Origin: Promethearchaeota archaeon
Lineage (GTDB): Archaea > Asgardarchaeota > Lokiarchaeia > Sigyniarchaeales > SOKP01
Direction: 5' to 3'
Assembly: GCA_004524535.1 (NCBI GenBank)
Contig: SDNY01000062.1
Span: 1 to 21,008, forward strand
Length of the DNA: 21,008 nucleotides
Notes under the pieces: model-generated
The model's input: only the letters and a program-made list of their open reading frames with translations
What the model was told of the DNA's origin: nothing
Databases searched by the model: none
Part shown: positions 8,606 through 17,918 of the stretch, piece by piece
How the letters are laid out: each line of letters begins with the position of its first letter
How positions within the stretch are numbered: the stretch's first letter is position 1
Position numbers and translations under genes: made by a program

Positions 8606-10177
8606 ATGAAAATTTCGACTGACATTTTAATAATTGGTGGAGGTATTTCAGGTTTATCATTGGCTATTAAATTAAGTAATTTAGCCAAAGATAGTAATAT
8701 TTTACTAATAACTAAAGAAAAATTAGAGGATTGTAATACCTATCACGCACAAGGTGGAATCGCTTGCGTTTGGAACAAAAATGATAATATTGAGACACAC
8801 GTTCAAGACACATTAATTGCCGGGGATGGTCTATGCGATGAAAATGTTGTAAGACAGATAATATCTAAAGCTCCTGAACGGATAAAAGAATTAATTAATT
8901 CGGGTGTTGAATTTACAAGAAAAGAAAATGGAGAATATGATCTGGGGCAAGAAGGAGGTCATTCAGAACGAAGGATTCTACATGTGAACGATCTTACTGG
9001 ACAAAGTATTGAATCTAAACTAATAGAAAAAGTAAAAACCTGTAAGAATGTAGAAATAAAGGAGAAATGGTGTGCGGTAAATTTATACGCAAAAAACTCT
9101 AAATGTTATGGTGCTTATATCTTGAATCATATTACGGGAGAGATTCACAATATTGCAGCTAAAGCTACCATTTTAGCTACGGGAGGTTCAGGCAAAATTT
9201 ACTTATACACTACAAATCCAGATGTTGCTTCGGGAGATGGGATCGCAATGGCATATCGAGCTGGAGCAATGATCTCAAACATGGAATTCTATCAATTTCA
9301 TCCCACATGCTTATTTCACCCCTTTGCAAAGAATTTTTTAATCACAGAAGCAATGCGAGGAGAAGGTGCAATTTTAAAGGACTTATCAGGGAATTCCTTT
9401 ATGGAAAAATATCATCCCCTAAAGGATTTAGCACCTAGAGATATTGTCTCGAGGGCAATTGATGCGGAATTAAAGAAATCTGGAGATGATCATGTTTTAT
9501 TAGATATTGCTTCATATAAAGATACAGATTTTATAAAAAGCCATTTTCCTGGGATCTATGAGAATTGTTTAGAATTTAATATAGATATAACCAAGGAGGC
9601 TATACCAGTGGTTCCCGCAGCACATTATTGTTGTGGAGGTGTAGTTGCCGGAATCGATGGAAAGACAGATATAAAGAATTTATTTGTTATTGGTGAATCC
9701 GCATGTACAGGCTTACATGGGGCAAATCGCTTAGCTAGTAATTCATTGTTGGAAGGTATTGTTAGTGCGCATCAATGCGCAACTACAATCGCTAATGAAA
9801 TCAAGGAAAGAAAGATTAAAGAATTTGAAGAATGGGAAATTGGAAGTGCCATACCATCAACTGAAGGTGTTGTTATAACACAAAATTGGGATGAAATAAG
9901 AATCTCAATGCAGAATCTAGTTGGAATTGTCAGATCGGACAGGAGATTAAAGAGAGCTTTGAAACGAATGAACCTCTTTTCTGAGGAAATCGATTATTAT
10001 TATTGGAATTACCAAATAGAAAAAAATTTAGTAGAATTAAGAAATTTATCGATGGTGGCTGAAATAATTATAAGATGTGCTATGAGCAGGAAGGAAAGTA
10101 GAGGCACTCATTTCAATATAGATTATCCTAATAAAGCAAAAATAGCACGAAATTCATATATCAGAAGACCTTGGTAA
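8606..10177 (+). CDS. nadB: L-aspartate oxidase
   Basis: GGGISG FAD loop; AQGGIA, EGGHSERRILH, QFHPT, LITEAMRGEG, LAPRDIVSRAI, GLHGANRLASNSLLEG and ESRGTH. Confidence 0.97.
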   Translation: MKISTDILIIGGGISGLSLAIKLSNLAKDSNILLITKEKLEDCNTYHAQGGIACVWNKNDNIETHVQDTLIAGDGLCDENVVRQIISKAPERIKELINSGVEFTRKENGEYDLGQEGGHSERRILHVNDLTGQSIESKLIEKVKTCKNVEIKEKWCAVNLYAKNSKCYGAYILNHITGEIHNIAAKATILATGGSGKIYLYTTNPDVASGDGIAMAYRAGAMISNMEFYQFHPTCLFHPFAKNFLITEAMRGEGAILKDLSGNSFMEKYHPLKDLAPRDIVSRAIDAELKKSGDDHVLLDIASYKDTDFIKSHFPGIYENCLEFNIDITKEAIPVVPAAHYCCGGVVAGIDGKTDIKNLFVIGESACTGLHGANRLASNSLLEGIVSAHQCATTIANEIKERKIKEFEEWEIGSAIPSTEGVVITQNWDEIRISMQNLVGIVRSDRRLKRALKRMNLFSEEIDYYYWNYQIEKNLVELRNLSMVAEIIIRCAMSRKESRGTHFNIDYPNKAKIARNSYIRRPW

Positions 10178-10183
10178 AAATAT

Positions 10184-10717
10184 CTATTCTTTTAATTCTT
10201 TAGCTTTTTTCAAAAATTTATTATATTTTGTTTTTTCAATCCAAAAACCTATATCAAGCATTTTATTAAATATATCATCAAACTCTTGGTAATTTTTTAA
10301 GAATCCTTTTTCAAGTGCTTCTAGTAGAATTTCTGTGCTCTATTTTGTTTTGATTCCTTTTGATTTTGCTATTGTTCTTGCTTTTTTATCATTTATCAGG
10401 AGCATATCAGCTTTTATTTCCATGCATAAAGCTATTGCGTAAGCTTCCTCACGTCCTAAATTTTTAGTGAGATTTAAGGCAATCTCATGATATTCCTCTG
10501 ATTTAGGATCTTCAACAATTAACCATCCTTCTTCTTTTGCTTTAATTTCATATTTAATATCTGATGGAATTTCAGCATCTGACTTTGAAAGGGGATAAAT
10601 TAATTCTTCCCATACTGCATTAGGAATAAAAATTTTTGAGTATAAATCTTTTAATAAAGTTAATTTCTCAATTTTAGCAAAAAAAATTATAGGAGATGTA
10701 TCAGAAATCACTAGCAT
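10184..10717 (-). pseudogene. PIN/DUF3368-family toxin interrupted by an in-frame TAG at 10340-10342
   Basis: N-terminal VISDTSPII...EEAYAIAL...LLINDKKAR. After the TAG the frame continues 51 codons (STEILLEALEKG...MLDIGFWIEK...), matching the DUF3368 C-terminal pattern. Confidence 0.75.
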
Positions 10718-10726
10718 ATAATCAAC

Positions 10727-10951
10727 TTAAATATGATAGGGAATTTTCGCTTTCGCCCGAATGGAGTCTATTTCGCGGTATGGAATACGAGCAATTACAG
10801 AAGCTTTTCCAATTGATATATCTCCTCGCATATATAACTCTAAAGCATCTTGAATGGCTTCTGGAAGAGATTTTATATATTCCCAATCAATAGGTTTTAT
10901 TAAATCCTTTTCATTAAACCAGTATTGCTTCGTATCACTTTTTTGAACCAT
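10727..10951 (-). CDS. UPF0175-family antitoxin
   Basis: ALELYMRGDISIGKASVIARI signature; directly upstream of the PIN gene. Confidence 0.8.
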   Translation of the reverse strand: MVQKSDTKQYWFNEKDLIKPIDWEYIKSLPEAIQDALELYMRGDISIGKASVIARIPYREIDSIRAKAKIPYHI

Positions 10952-11082
10952 AATAAATCCACATAATCTTATTCAAAAACTTATAAGAAACTCTAATATT
11001 AATATTTATCCCATTTGGTAATGATATTAAACTGATATCTCTTGAAATTTAAAATATTTAAAAATCAAGATGGGTGCTAATA

Positions 11083-11148
11083 CATTATAATATAGATTCT
11101 TAAAAAGTAAAATTACTTAGATTGATATTAATTAGAAGACCTTGGTAG
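11083..11148 (+). repeat. Degenerate duplicate of the nadB 3' end
   Basis: Translates HYNIDS*KVKLLRLILIRRPW* versus NadB HFNIDYPNKAKIARNSYIRRPW*. AGAAGACCTTGGTA is identical at 10163-10176 and 11134-11147. Confidence 0.8.
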
Positions 11149-11242
11149 ATTGATATAACATCATTTTAAATAAAATTTTAAATTATACTTAACATTAATA
11201 ATGAAAAACTAATATTATTTACATCAAAAATTAATAAAGAAG

Positions 11243-12055
11243 GTGCTTTTTATTCCTAATATTGGTAAGAACATACGGATGGAAAGGATTATAAATCGAG
11301 AAACAAGAAGAACGATTATCATTCCAATGGATCATGGTTTAACGCTCGGAACGATTAAGGGCTTAGAGAATATGGCCGGAATGGTAGATAAGGTTGCAAT
11401 AGGCGGAGCAAGCGCAGTATTAATGCATTCTGGAATGGTGGGTGCAGGACATCGCCAAAGCGGTAAAGATGTCGGATTGATAATACACCTCTCAGGCTCT
11501 ACATCATTATCTCCGCTGCCTAATAGGAAAGTCCTCGTATGTTCAGTAGAAAGAGCTTTAAAGTTGGGTGCTGATGGAGTTTCAATTCATATTAATATTG
11601 GTGCTGATGAGGAACCTGAAATGCTTCAAGACGCTCACAAGGTTGTAGAATCATCAAGAAAATGGGGTGTACCATTGATAGCTATGATGTATCCGCGAGG
11701 GAGTAACATATCAAATGAAAATGATCCCGAAGTAGTTAATATTGCAGTAAGAGTAGGAGCTGAGTTGGGTGCGGATATCGTGAAAACCAATTATACGGGG
11801 GATATAGAAAGTTTTAAATACATTGTGAAGGGAGTAGATATTCCTGTAATAATTGCTGGAGGTCCAAAAATGGATACAATTCCAGAACTACTTCAAATGG
11901 TTTATGACTCGATTCAAGCAGGGAGCGCAGGGGTAGCTTTTGGAAGAAATGTATTTCAAGCAGATAATCCAACTCAATTAGTTAAAGCCATCGCAAAGAT
12001 AATCCATAATAATTATACGGTTGAGGAAGTATTAAAAGAATTCAAGTTTGATTAA
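11243..12055 (+). CDS. aroA': 2-amino-3,7-dideoxy-D-threo-hept-6-ulosonate synthase (DhnA-type class I aldolase)
   Basis: [39 protein letters not shown], Schiff-base ELGADIVKT and GRNVFQ. The start may be ATT 11252. Confidence 0.85.
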   Translation: MLFIPNIGKNIRMERIINRETRRTIIIPMDHGLTLGTIKGLENMAGMVDKVAIGGASAVLMHSGMVGAGHRQSGKDVGLIIHLSGSTSLSPLPNRKVLVCSVERALKLGADGVSIHINIGADEEPEMLQDAHKVVESSRKWGVPLIAMMYPRGSNISNENDPEVVNIAVRVGAELGADIVKTNYTGDIESFKYIVKGVDIPVIIAGGPKMDTIPELLQMVYDSIQAGSAGVAFGRNVFQADNPTQLVKAIAKIIHNNYTVEEVLKEFKFD

Positions 12056-12098
12056 TTAAACAATAGAAAAATAAATAGAAAAAAAATAAAATTTAAAA

Positions 12099-13202
12099 TT
12101 AATCTTCTGATTCCTTACCAAATAATACTTTTATATCTTTCTCACACAAGAACAGAGCTATAGCGACTGGAAATCCAAAAATGAGAAGTTCGCAACAAAT
12201 TGCAATTACAATATAGCGACATATGTTAATTTTAAAGAATAACCCTATTGAACCTATTAGCAACATTATTGAAACAATGAGTAAAATGTAACCAATAATA
12301 ACAACTGAAGTTGCGATTTCACTAGTGCTCTGTGTTGGGTTTTCACCAAACCTAAAAGCAATAATATCAGCATATCTTATGGCAAAATATGAATATACCA
12401 TAAAAAATAGCGCAATCAATATGGAAATAATGGCAACGATATTCAAGAGAGTTTTTCTATTAATTTTTTGTTCTTCAGGGGTTTCATTCGGATTATCTCG
12501 TACATCTCGAGCAGCATACATCAGCAGAAAAAGGGGGATTAAGACATATACAACACAATGAACAATTACACCAAATTCTCGTTCACCACCGTATACATCA
12601 GTTGAGATAAAAATCATTAGAGCAATTGATATTAAAGTTACTAAAACTAATACTATGAATGTTTCTTTGCTTCCTTTCCTAAAATAGAATAAAGACAACA
12701 ATATAGTTGCTACCACAATGATCTCACCAATAATTATTAAGGGTGTTACTGTATGATAAGCAGCTCCTCCCCATGCAAGCATCTCATCATGATGAATACT
12801 TATTCCAGGCCATAGGTACATTTTCTTTTCAAAATGATAAAATTGATCAATAAAAAAATGGGAAATCCCTCCAGCTACAGTAATACAGTAAGAATTTTTC
12901 CAGTTTACTTCTCTAATTCCCTCATCAACAAATTTTAAAGGAAAGAACTTTTTTTCCGAACTTATTAGAGAGAATCTTGAAGAATAGGAATAGACCAACG
13001 ATAAAGGGATGGCTAAAATCGCAAAACCGATAATACTGTGAGTTGGTATTATAAAAAGAAGATGTACGATATCTGGCCCAAAGATATTATTAGCAAGAAA
13101 AATAAAAGCAACTTTATAGTTGAAACCATCCTCATTTTTTGTGAAATACAAAATCGGGATGAGAAGACTTAATCCATACAAGATATGGCCAAATGTGGGC
13201 AT
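12099..13202 (-). CDS. Membrane-bound metal-dependent hydrolase (YdjM/DUF457-like) with extra C-terminal TM region
   Basis: GH, GPD, THS and SHFFID motifs; many TM helices. Confidence 0.6.
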   Translation of the reverse strand: MPTFGHILYGLSLLIPILYFTKNEDGFNYKVAFIFLANNIFGPDIVHLLFIIPTHSIIGFAILAIPLSLVYSYSSRFSLISSEKKFFPLKFVDEGIREVNWKNSYCITVAGGISHFFIDQFYHFEKKMYLWPGISIHHDEMLAWGGAAYHTVTPLIIIGEIIVVATILLSLFYFRKGSKETFIVLVLVTLISIALMIFISTDVYGGEREFGVIVHCVVYVLIPLFLLMYAARDVRDNPNETPEEQKINRKTLLNIVAIISILIALFFMVYSYFAIRYADIIAFRFGENPTQSTSEIATSVVIIGYILLIVSIMLLIGSIGLFFKINICRYIVIAICCELLIFGFPVAIALFLCEKDIKVLFGKESED

Positions 13203-13235
13203 GAGTTTAATCTCTCGGGTTTAATTTATTTTTAA

Positions 13236-13301
13236 GAACAATATTTAATCTAATGAATAATATTTAATTAAGACAACAAATTTTTATGAATAATATTTAA
13301 T
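13236..13301. repeat. Direct repeats in a divergent promoter region
   Basis: ATGAATAATATTTAAT at 13253-13268 and 13286-13301; partial copy GAACAATATTTAAT at 13236-13249. Confidence 0.55.
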
Positions 13302-13340
13302 AAATACATAAAAGATGTCTACAATTTTAATTGCCTAAAA

Positions 13341-14702
13341 ATGAATTCAGAAAAGATTTATCCCCTTTTTCTAAAAAAGCTTGAAAATCAGGTAAAAAAT
13401 CAAATCTTAGAGAATTTTAACGCTGATGATAAATCTGTAAAAGCTGAAAAATTCCGTATAATTATATCTTTTAAGGATATCTCGAAACGAGATGAATTTA
13501 TACTTAAAAATAAAAATTTAGTAATTTTAAAGCAATTCGATTTAATTCCATCTATTTCTTTAAATTTAACGAGAGATCAAATTCAAACCATACAAAATAA
13601 CAATTTAATAAAAAGAATTGAGGAAGATCAAAAATTATACCTATCAATGCTTCATGTTATTGAAGATATAGGGTTAAATAATTATCGTCGTTCCAAAAAG
13701 CCTTATTTGGGTAAAAATATTATAATTGGAATTATTGATAATGGCATAAATCAAGTGTATGATTCATTTAAGGGTGTAAAAATAAATCATTATTCTTTAA
13801 TTGAGCATAATAAAAAGGAAAAAATAACTCATGGAACCTTGATGGCAAATATAATTGTGAATCAATTTCAAGACGAAAATAAAAACATTATAGGTATTGC
13901 TCCAGATGCTAAAATAATTGATTTTGACATTTCAAATTCCAAAGAACAATATTTCTTCTCTGATATTCTGGGTGTTTTTGATTATATTATTCAAAACAAT
14001 ATCAAGGTTGATATTCTCTTAATACCTTTTACAACATTACATCCTTCTGATGGAAAGGATTCTCTTTCTTTATGCTGCAATTTATTAGTCGATAAAGGAT
14101 TTATAATAGTATGTCCGGCTGGTAATTTTGGTCCAGAATCATATACAATTGGAAGTCCCTCAGCAGCAGAAAAGGTCTTTACGATTGGTTCTTATACAAA
14201 AGATAAAAAAATATCTTATTTTAGTGGACGAGGTCCAACACTAGACGAAAGAATAAAGCCTGATTTTTGTTTACCTGGTTCTAAAATAGAAATCCCATTA
14301 TCAGAAGGAGTTCGAGTAAGATTATCAGGCACGAGTGTATCTGCAGCAATATGTGCTGGTTTAATAGCCTTAATTAAGGAATCTAATCCTAAGATGTCAT
14401 ATCCACAAATTTTTACGATAATTAAAAAGGCATGTATAACCTTAGGATATCAAAATATATCTCAAGGCTCGGGAACTATATTAATTTCGGATATTTTCAA
14501 AACAATTAAGGTTAAAAAAGGTAAAGATAAAGAAGTTGAAACTATTAAAAAAGAGGAAAAATTAGTATCTTATAATCACATTATGCTTAAAGCTTTAGGA
14601 ATTTCAATTGAATACTTTATATTTTTTATAATATTATTTTATTTAATCTATTATTTTGATTTTATCTTAAGATGGTTTATAAGAATTTTTGGAGTGATTT
14701 AA
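13341..14702 (+). CDS. S8 subtilisin-like serine protease with I9-like prodomain and C-terminal TM anchor
   Basis: Catalytic IIDNG, HGT and GTSVSA; oxyanion PAGN; SGRGPT..RIKPD; hydrophobic C-terminal tail. Confidence 0.9.
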   Translation: MNSEKIYPLFLKKLENQVKNQILENFNADDKSVKAEKFRIIISFKDISKRDEFILKNKNLVILKQFDLIPSISLNLTRDQIQTIQNNNLIKRIEEDQKLYLSMLHVIEDIGLNNYRRSKKPYLGKNIIIGIIDNGINQVYDSFKGVKINHYSLIEHNKKEKITHGTLMANIIVNQFQDENKNIIGIAPDAKIIDFDISNSKEQYFFSDILGVFDYIIQNNIKVDILLIPFTTLHPSDGKDSLSLCCNLLVDKGFIIVCPAGNFGPESYTIGSPSAAEKVFTIGSYTKDKKISYFSGRGPTLDERIKPDFCLPGSKIEIPLSEGVRVRLSGTSVSAAICAGLIALIKESNPKMSYPQIFTIIKKACITLGYQNISQGSGTILISDIFKTIKVKKGKDKEVETIKKEEKLVSYNHIMLKALGISIEYFIFFIILFYLIYYFDFILRWFIRIFGVI

Positions 14703-14703
14703 A

Positions 14704-15249
14704 ATTTTCCCCCTCTTTCATATAGCAGTACCTTTAATAATTTTTGAGATTCCTCAAATAAAGAAAAAATATAGAGTTAATAGGTTAGCATTAATAATTG
14801 GGTCTCTATTTCCTGATATTGCAGATAAATCTTTAATGTTTTTAAAGTTGATTAATGGTAGGGGGTATTTTCATTCGTTATTCATTGTTTTTCTCTGTTT
14901 TGGTATTTTATTTTTGTTAACTAAAGGGAATAAAGCAGTGTCGTTTCCTTTTTTAATTGGTATGCTTTTTCATTTATTATTAGATTTACCAAATATTCCG
15001 CTTTTTTATCCTTTTATATCATATGACTTCAAATACATTGATAATCCTTTACCCTATTGGATACATGATTTTCTTACCAAACCAGTTGTACAAGCAACAG
15101 AAATAATTGGGATTGTGTGTCTATTATTCATTGTAATAAGAAATAAATTATATAGCTTTAAAGATATAGCAGATTATCTTAGAACAAATCCTAAAGAAAT
15201 TATTTATTCAATAAAGAAAGATACGGAAATTGTAATTTCAGAAGATTAA
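14704..15249 (+). CDS. Membrane-bound metal-dependent hydrolase (YdjM/DUF457-like), probable ATT start
   Basis: Frame is open 44 codons upstream of ATG 14836 and encodes FPLFH and GSLFPDIADK, completing the H/PD/HS/HxxxD motif set. GGAGTGA RBS at 14691-14697. Confidence 0.8.
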   Translation: MFPLFHIAVPLIIFEIPQIKKKYRVNRLALIIGSLFPDIADKSLMFLKLINGRGYFHSLFIVFLCFGILFLLTKGNKAVSFPFLIGMLFHLLLDLPNIPLFYPFISYDFKYIDNPLPYWIHDFLTKPVVQATEIIGIVCLLFIVIRNKLYSFKDIADYLRTNPKEIIYSIKKDTEIVISED

Positions 15250-15290
15250 TTGTCTCGTGAACACTAGATTTTGCATTTACACTTTTTTTT

Positions 15291-15771
15291 GGTGGATGAA
15301 AAATTAAGTAATGATAAAATGACTTAAAAATTTTTTAAAGAACAATAGATAATATAATATTATCGAAATTCTATTTAAAATTATAATTTGAGCGTGAAAA
15401 TATTTGCCTAGATGTAAATCTTGTGGAAAAGAAATTGACGATTACCAATATCAGCAGTTTAAGGGTAAATGTTCTGATTGTGTTAGAGTAAAAAAAGCAG
15501 GTAAATCAGATGCAATAGGATGGGGGGCTTTTTTTGTAATAATGGGATTGCTTGCATTAGTTGCTGGAATTTTTCTTACTTTTCAGACCCAAAGTTTTGA
15601 AAGTATAATCTTTTTGGGTATAACAAGTTGCGCACTCTTAACATTAGGTGGTTTCTTAATACTCTATGGACGGAAATAATGTCTATTCCTTCTTTAAAAG
15701 TTCTATTGGAGGAATTATTATATTTGTAGAATTAGATTAACTTAATTCCACTACTAAATTTTTTATCCACC
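15291..15771. mobile_element. Non-autonomous TIR-bounded passenger cassette 1 (MIC/MITE-like)
   Basis: 23-bp TIRs at 15291-15313 and 15749-15771 (20/23 match), flanked by the 9-bp direct repeat CTTTTTTTT (15282-15290, 15772-15780). No transposase. Confidence 0.65.
15404..15679 (+). CDS. Small Zn-ribbon (CxxC-x15-CxxC) plus two-TM membrane protein, paralog A
   Basis: CKSC...CSDC, two hydrophobic helices, YGRK end; TTG start; co-linear with 18097-18372. Confidence 0.8.
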   Translation: MPRCKSCGKEIDDYQYQQFKGKCSDCVRVKKAGKSDAIGWGAFFVIMGLLALVAGIFLTFQTQSFESIIFLGITSCALLTLGGFLILYGRK

Positions 15772-15784
15772 CTTTTTTTTTTTC

Positions 15785-15883
15785 CTTTTTAAACTTTGAA
15801 AGTGAATATATATTATTCTAATATAAAAATTATTTAATCTTTGATTGAATAATACTTAATGAAATTATGAGTAAAAAGTTGCT
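15785..15883 (+). repeat. ERCC4 upstream region and first codons, copy 1
   Basis: Aligns with 18443-18539 at 86 of 99 columns (hand count). Confidence 0.9.
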
Positions 15884-16016
15884 TCAGATAATAATTGACC
15901 ATCGAGAACATAAGCTGAAAGAATTACTTGACCAAAAAAAGGATATAATTCAATATGAGTCAAAACAACTTGATATTGCTGATGTGATCGTTTCTAATGA
16001 GGTTATTTTAGAATAA
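15867..16016 (+). pseudogene. ERCC4/XPF 5' fragment 1 (49 aa)
   Basis: MSKKLLQIIIDHREHKL...QLDIADVIVSNEVILE*; about 26/49 identical to the N-terminus of the gene at 20392; stops at the ERK motif. Confidence 0.85.
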
Positions 16017-16150
16017 TATTTAATAACATATAGTAACACTTCTTACTTACATCTTTGAAAACTATTAAATCTTAATTTGGTTTAGTATCTTTAATTATTA
16101 GGTGTTTTAACGTATGACTTAAAAAACAATCATATTTGAGAATTTTATCT

Positions 16151-17524
16151 TTAAATCATTTTATTTTTTAAAGATTCAATATTAAGTTTGATTTTTTCTC
16201 CCAATTTACTATTTTCTAAATTATGCTCATTTAAGGTTTCTAATGCATTTTTTAATAAATCTAACGCCCGAGTGCTATCTCCCTGTTTGTGATATACCTT
16301 TCCAATATTATTTAAAGTAAGAGCGATTGTTGAGTGATTATTTTGGCTTTTTGCTAATTCAATAGCATGTTGGAATTTCTCCAAAGCTCTAGCATAATTA
16401 CCTAATTTATAATGTACTTTTCCAATACAATTGATATATATTGATTTATTTGATTGATTTGGTGATTTCTCTATAATTTCAACAGCTTTATTACATTTTT
16501 CCAATGCTAAATCATATTCTCTTTTTATTAAAGAAATTACACCAAGATAATTTAGAGAATTAGCTATATTTCCTGTTAATTCAAGTTCTAATGAATGTTT
16601 TAAAGCTTCTTCATACTTTATTAAAGCATCATAGTAATGATAATCAATGAGATCAAGTCCACCTAAGATATTAAGCAACTGAACTTTTAAAATTAATAGT
16701 AATTTCTTATTTTTTGAATCTTTCAATACATCTGCAATTTTTAATGCTTCAATACAAAAATTGTAAGCTTCCTGATAATTTTTCTTCTTAAGCAATATTG
16801 TACATATCATTAATGAGTTTTTTAATCTTTCTAGTGAATATCTATCACTTTCAGAGAAAGATAAATTTATTAAAAAATATTTATCTTCGCTATTTTTAAG
16901 TCTTTTTATATCTTCTTTTTTTAAAATCTTTTTTCTCATATTTTCAATCTTTTTTGATATTTTACGAATTCCTAAATTATCAAGGATATTAAAGTATCTA
17001 AAAGATTGTTTTAAATCTACTTCATTTTCCAATAAGCTCATAATTTTCAGGACTATTCCCTTTTTCATCATTTTAATTATGTCTAATATTTTTTTTTGTT
17101 GAAATTCTGAATTCTCAAGGATTTTACAAATCTCTAATAATCCCAATGGTGAACATTGAGGGTTTGCACAAATCTCTCCTAATTTTCGTCCTGTTTCCTC
17201 TCTTATCTCTCCTAAACTCACGGCTCGAGCACAATAGATTCCAGCTCTATTATAATCTCCAATTCTCAAATATGGTTCAATTAATTTTATTAATGCGGTT
17301 GATTTATTTAGACTGAGTAAATAAGCTAATTCATAAGATTTGATTGCCTTTTTGTACTGCTCATTAATATTATAAAGATCACCCAATATAATCCAATAAT
17401 TACTATCTGTTTCAAATTTTTTTTTTATATTTTTACAATAGTTAATTCCCTCTTCATACTCACCATTTAAAAGGCATTTTCTTATATAAAGAAGATCATC
17501 ATTAGAATTTTCCATATTATCCAT
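16151..17524 (-). CDS. Tetratricopeptide repeat protein
   Basis: Several TPR motifs, e.g. WIILGDLY...YKKAIKSYELA, SLNYLGVI, IGKVHYKLGNYARALEKFQHA and TLNNIGKVY. Confidence 0.9.
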   Translation of the reverse strand: MDNMENSNDDLLYIRKCLLNGEYEEGINYCKNIKKKFETDSNYWIILGDLYNINEQYKKAIKSYELAYLLSLNKSTALIKLIEPYLRIGDYNRAGIYCARAVSLGEIREETGRKLGEICANPQCSPLGLLEICKILENSEFQQKKILDIIKMMKKGIVLKIMSLLENEVDLKQSFRYFNILDNLGIRKISKKIENMRKKILKKEDIKRLKNSEDKYFLINLSFSESDRYSLERLKNSLMICTILLKKKNYQEAYNFCIEALKIADVLKDSKNKKLLLILKVQLLNILGGLDLIDYHYYDALIKYEEALKHSLELELTGNIANSLNYLGVISLIKREYDLALEKCNKAVEIIEKSPNQSNKSIYINCIGKVHYKLGNYARALEKFQHAIELAKSQNNHSTIALTLNNIGKVYHKQGDSTRALDLLKNALETLNEHNLENSKLGEKIKLNIESLKNKMI

Positions 17525-17638
17525 AAAACCTTCATTCTTTATGATTTTATATTTATTGGATTTATTAGTTTCTTTTATGTATCATAAATATTTAAATATT
17601 TTTGAAAATATAGTATAAAAACGTTATTGGACAACAAA

Positions 17639-17918
17639 TTAATTCATATTTTTCTTTAGTTTTAATTCTTCAATATAGAGTTAATTATTTTTTTTTAAAG
17701 GATTATCAGTTATTTTAAGACCATCTAAAATAGCTAAAGCAGTATTGTGATATTCAGTTGCTTTTTACTTACCTTGTTCCCCATATAACATAGCAATATT
17801 TTTGTATGCTATCGCCAGTTCTAATGGATTTTGAAAATTTTTTGCAATTTCAAGTGCTTTATTAAATCTATCTAACGCTTCAGAATACATCTTTTCTTTT
17901 AGATACCCATTCCCTATA
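17639..17918 (-). pseudogene. C-terminal remnant of a TPR paralog
   Basis: IGNGYLKEKMYSEALDRFNKALEIAK...NIAMLYGEQGK*KATEYHNTALAILDGLKITDNPLKKNN*LYIEELK aligns with the last ~90 aa of the 16151-17524 protein. Two in-frame stops; 5' part missing. Confidence 0.8.

Noticed and set aside
762-12561. Short ORF-track entries at 762, 2107, 3883, 4096, 4809, 5212, 7020, 7407, 7821, 10696 and 12325
   Set aside because: Antisense shadows of well-supported genes with no recognisable motifs.
17639-17918. Diversity-generating retroelement template repeat for the TPR gene
   Set aside because: Similarity is only at protein level, differences are not adenine-specific, and there is no reverse transcriptase in the window.
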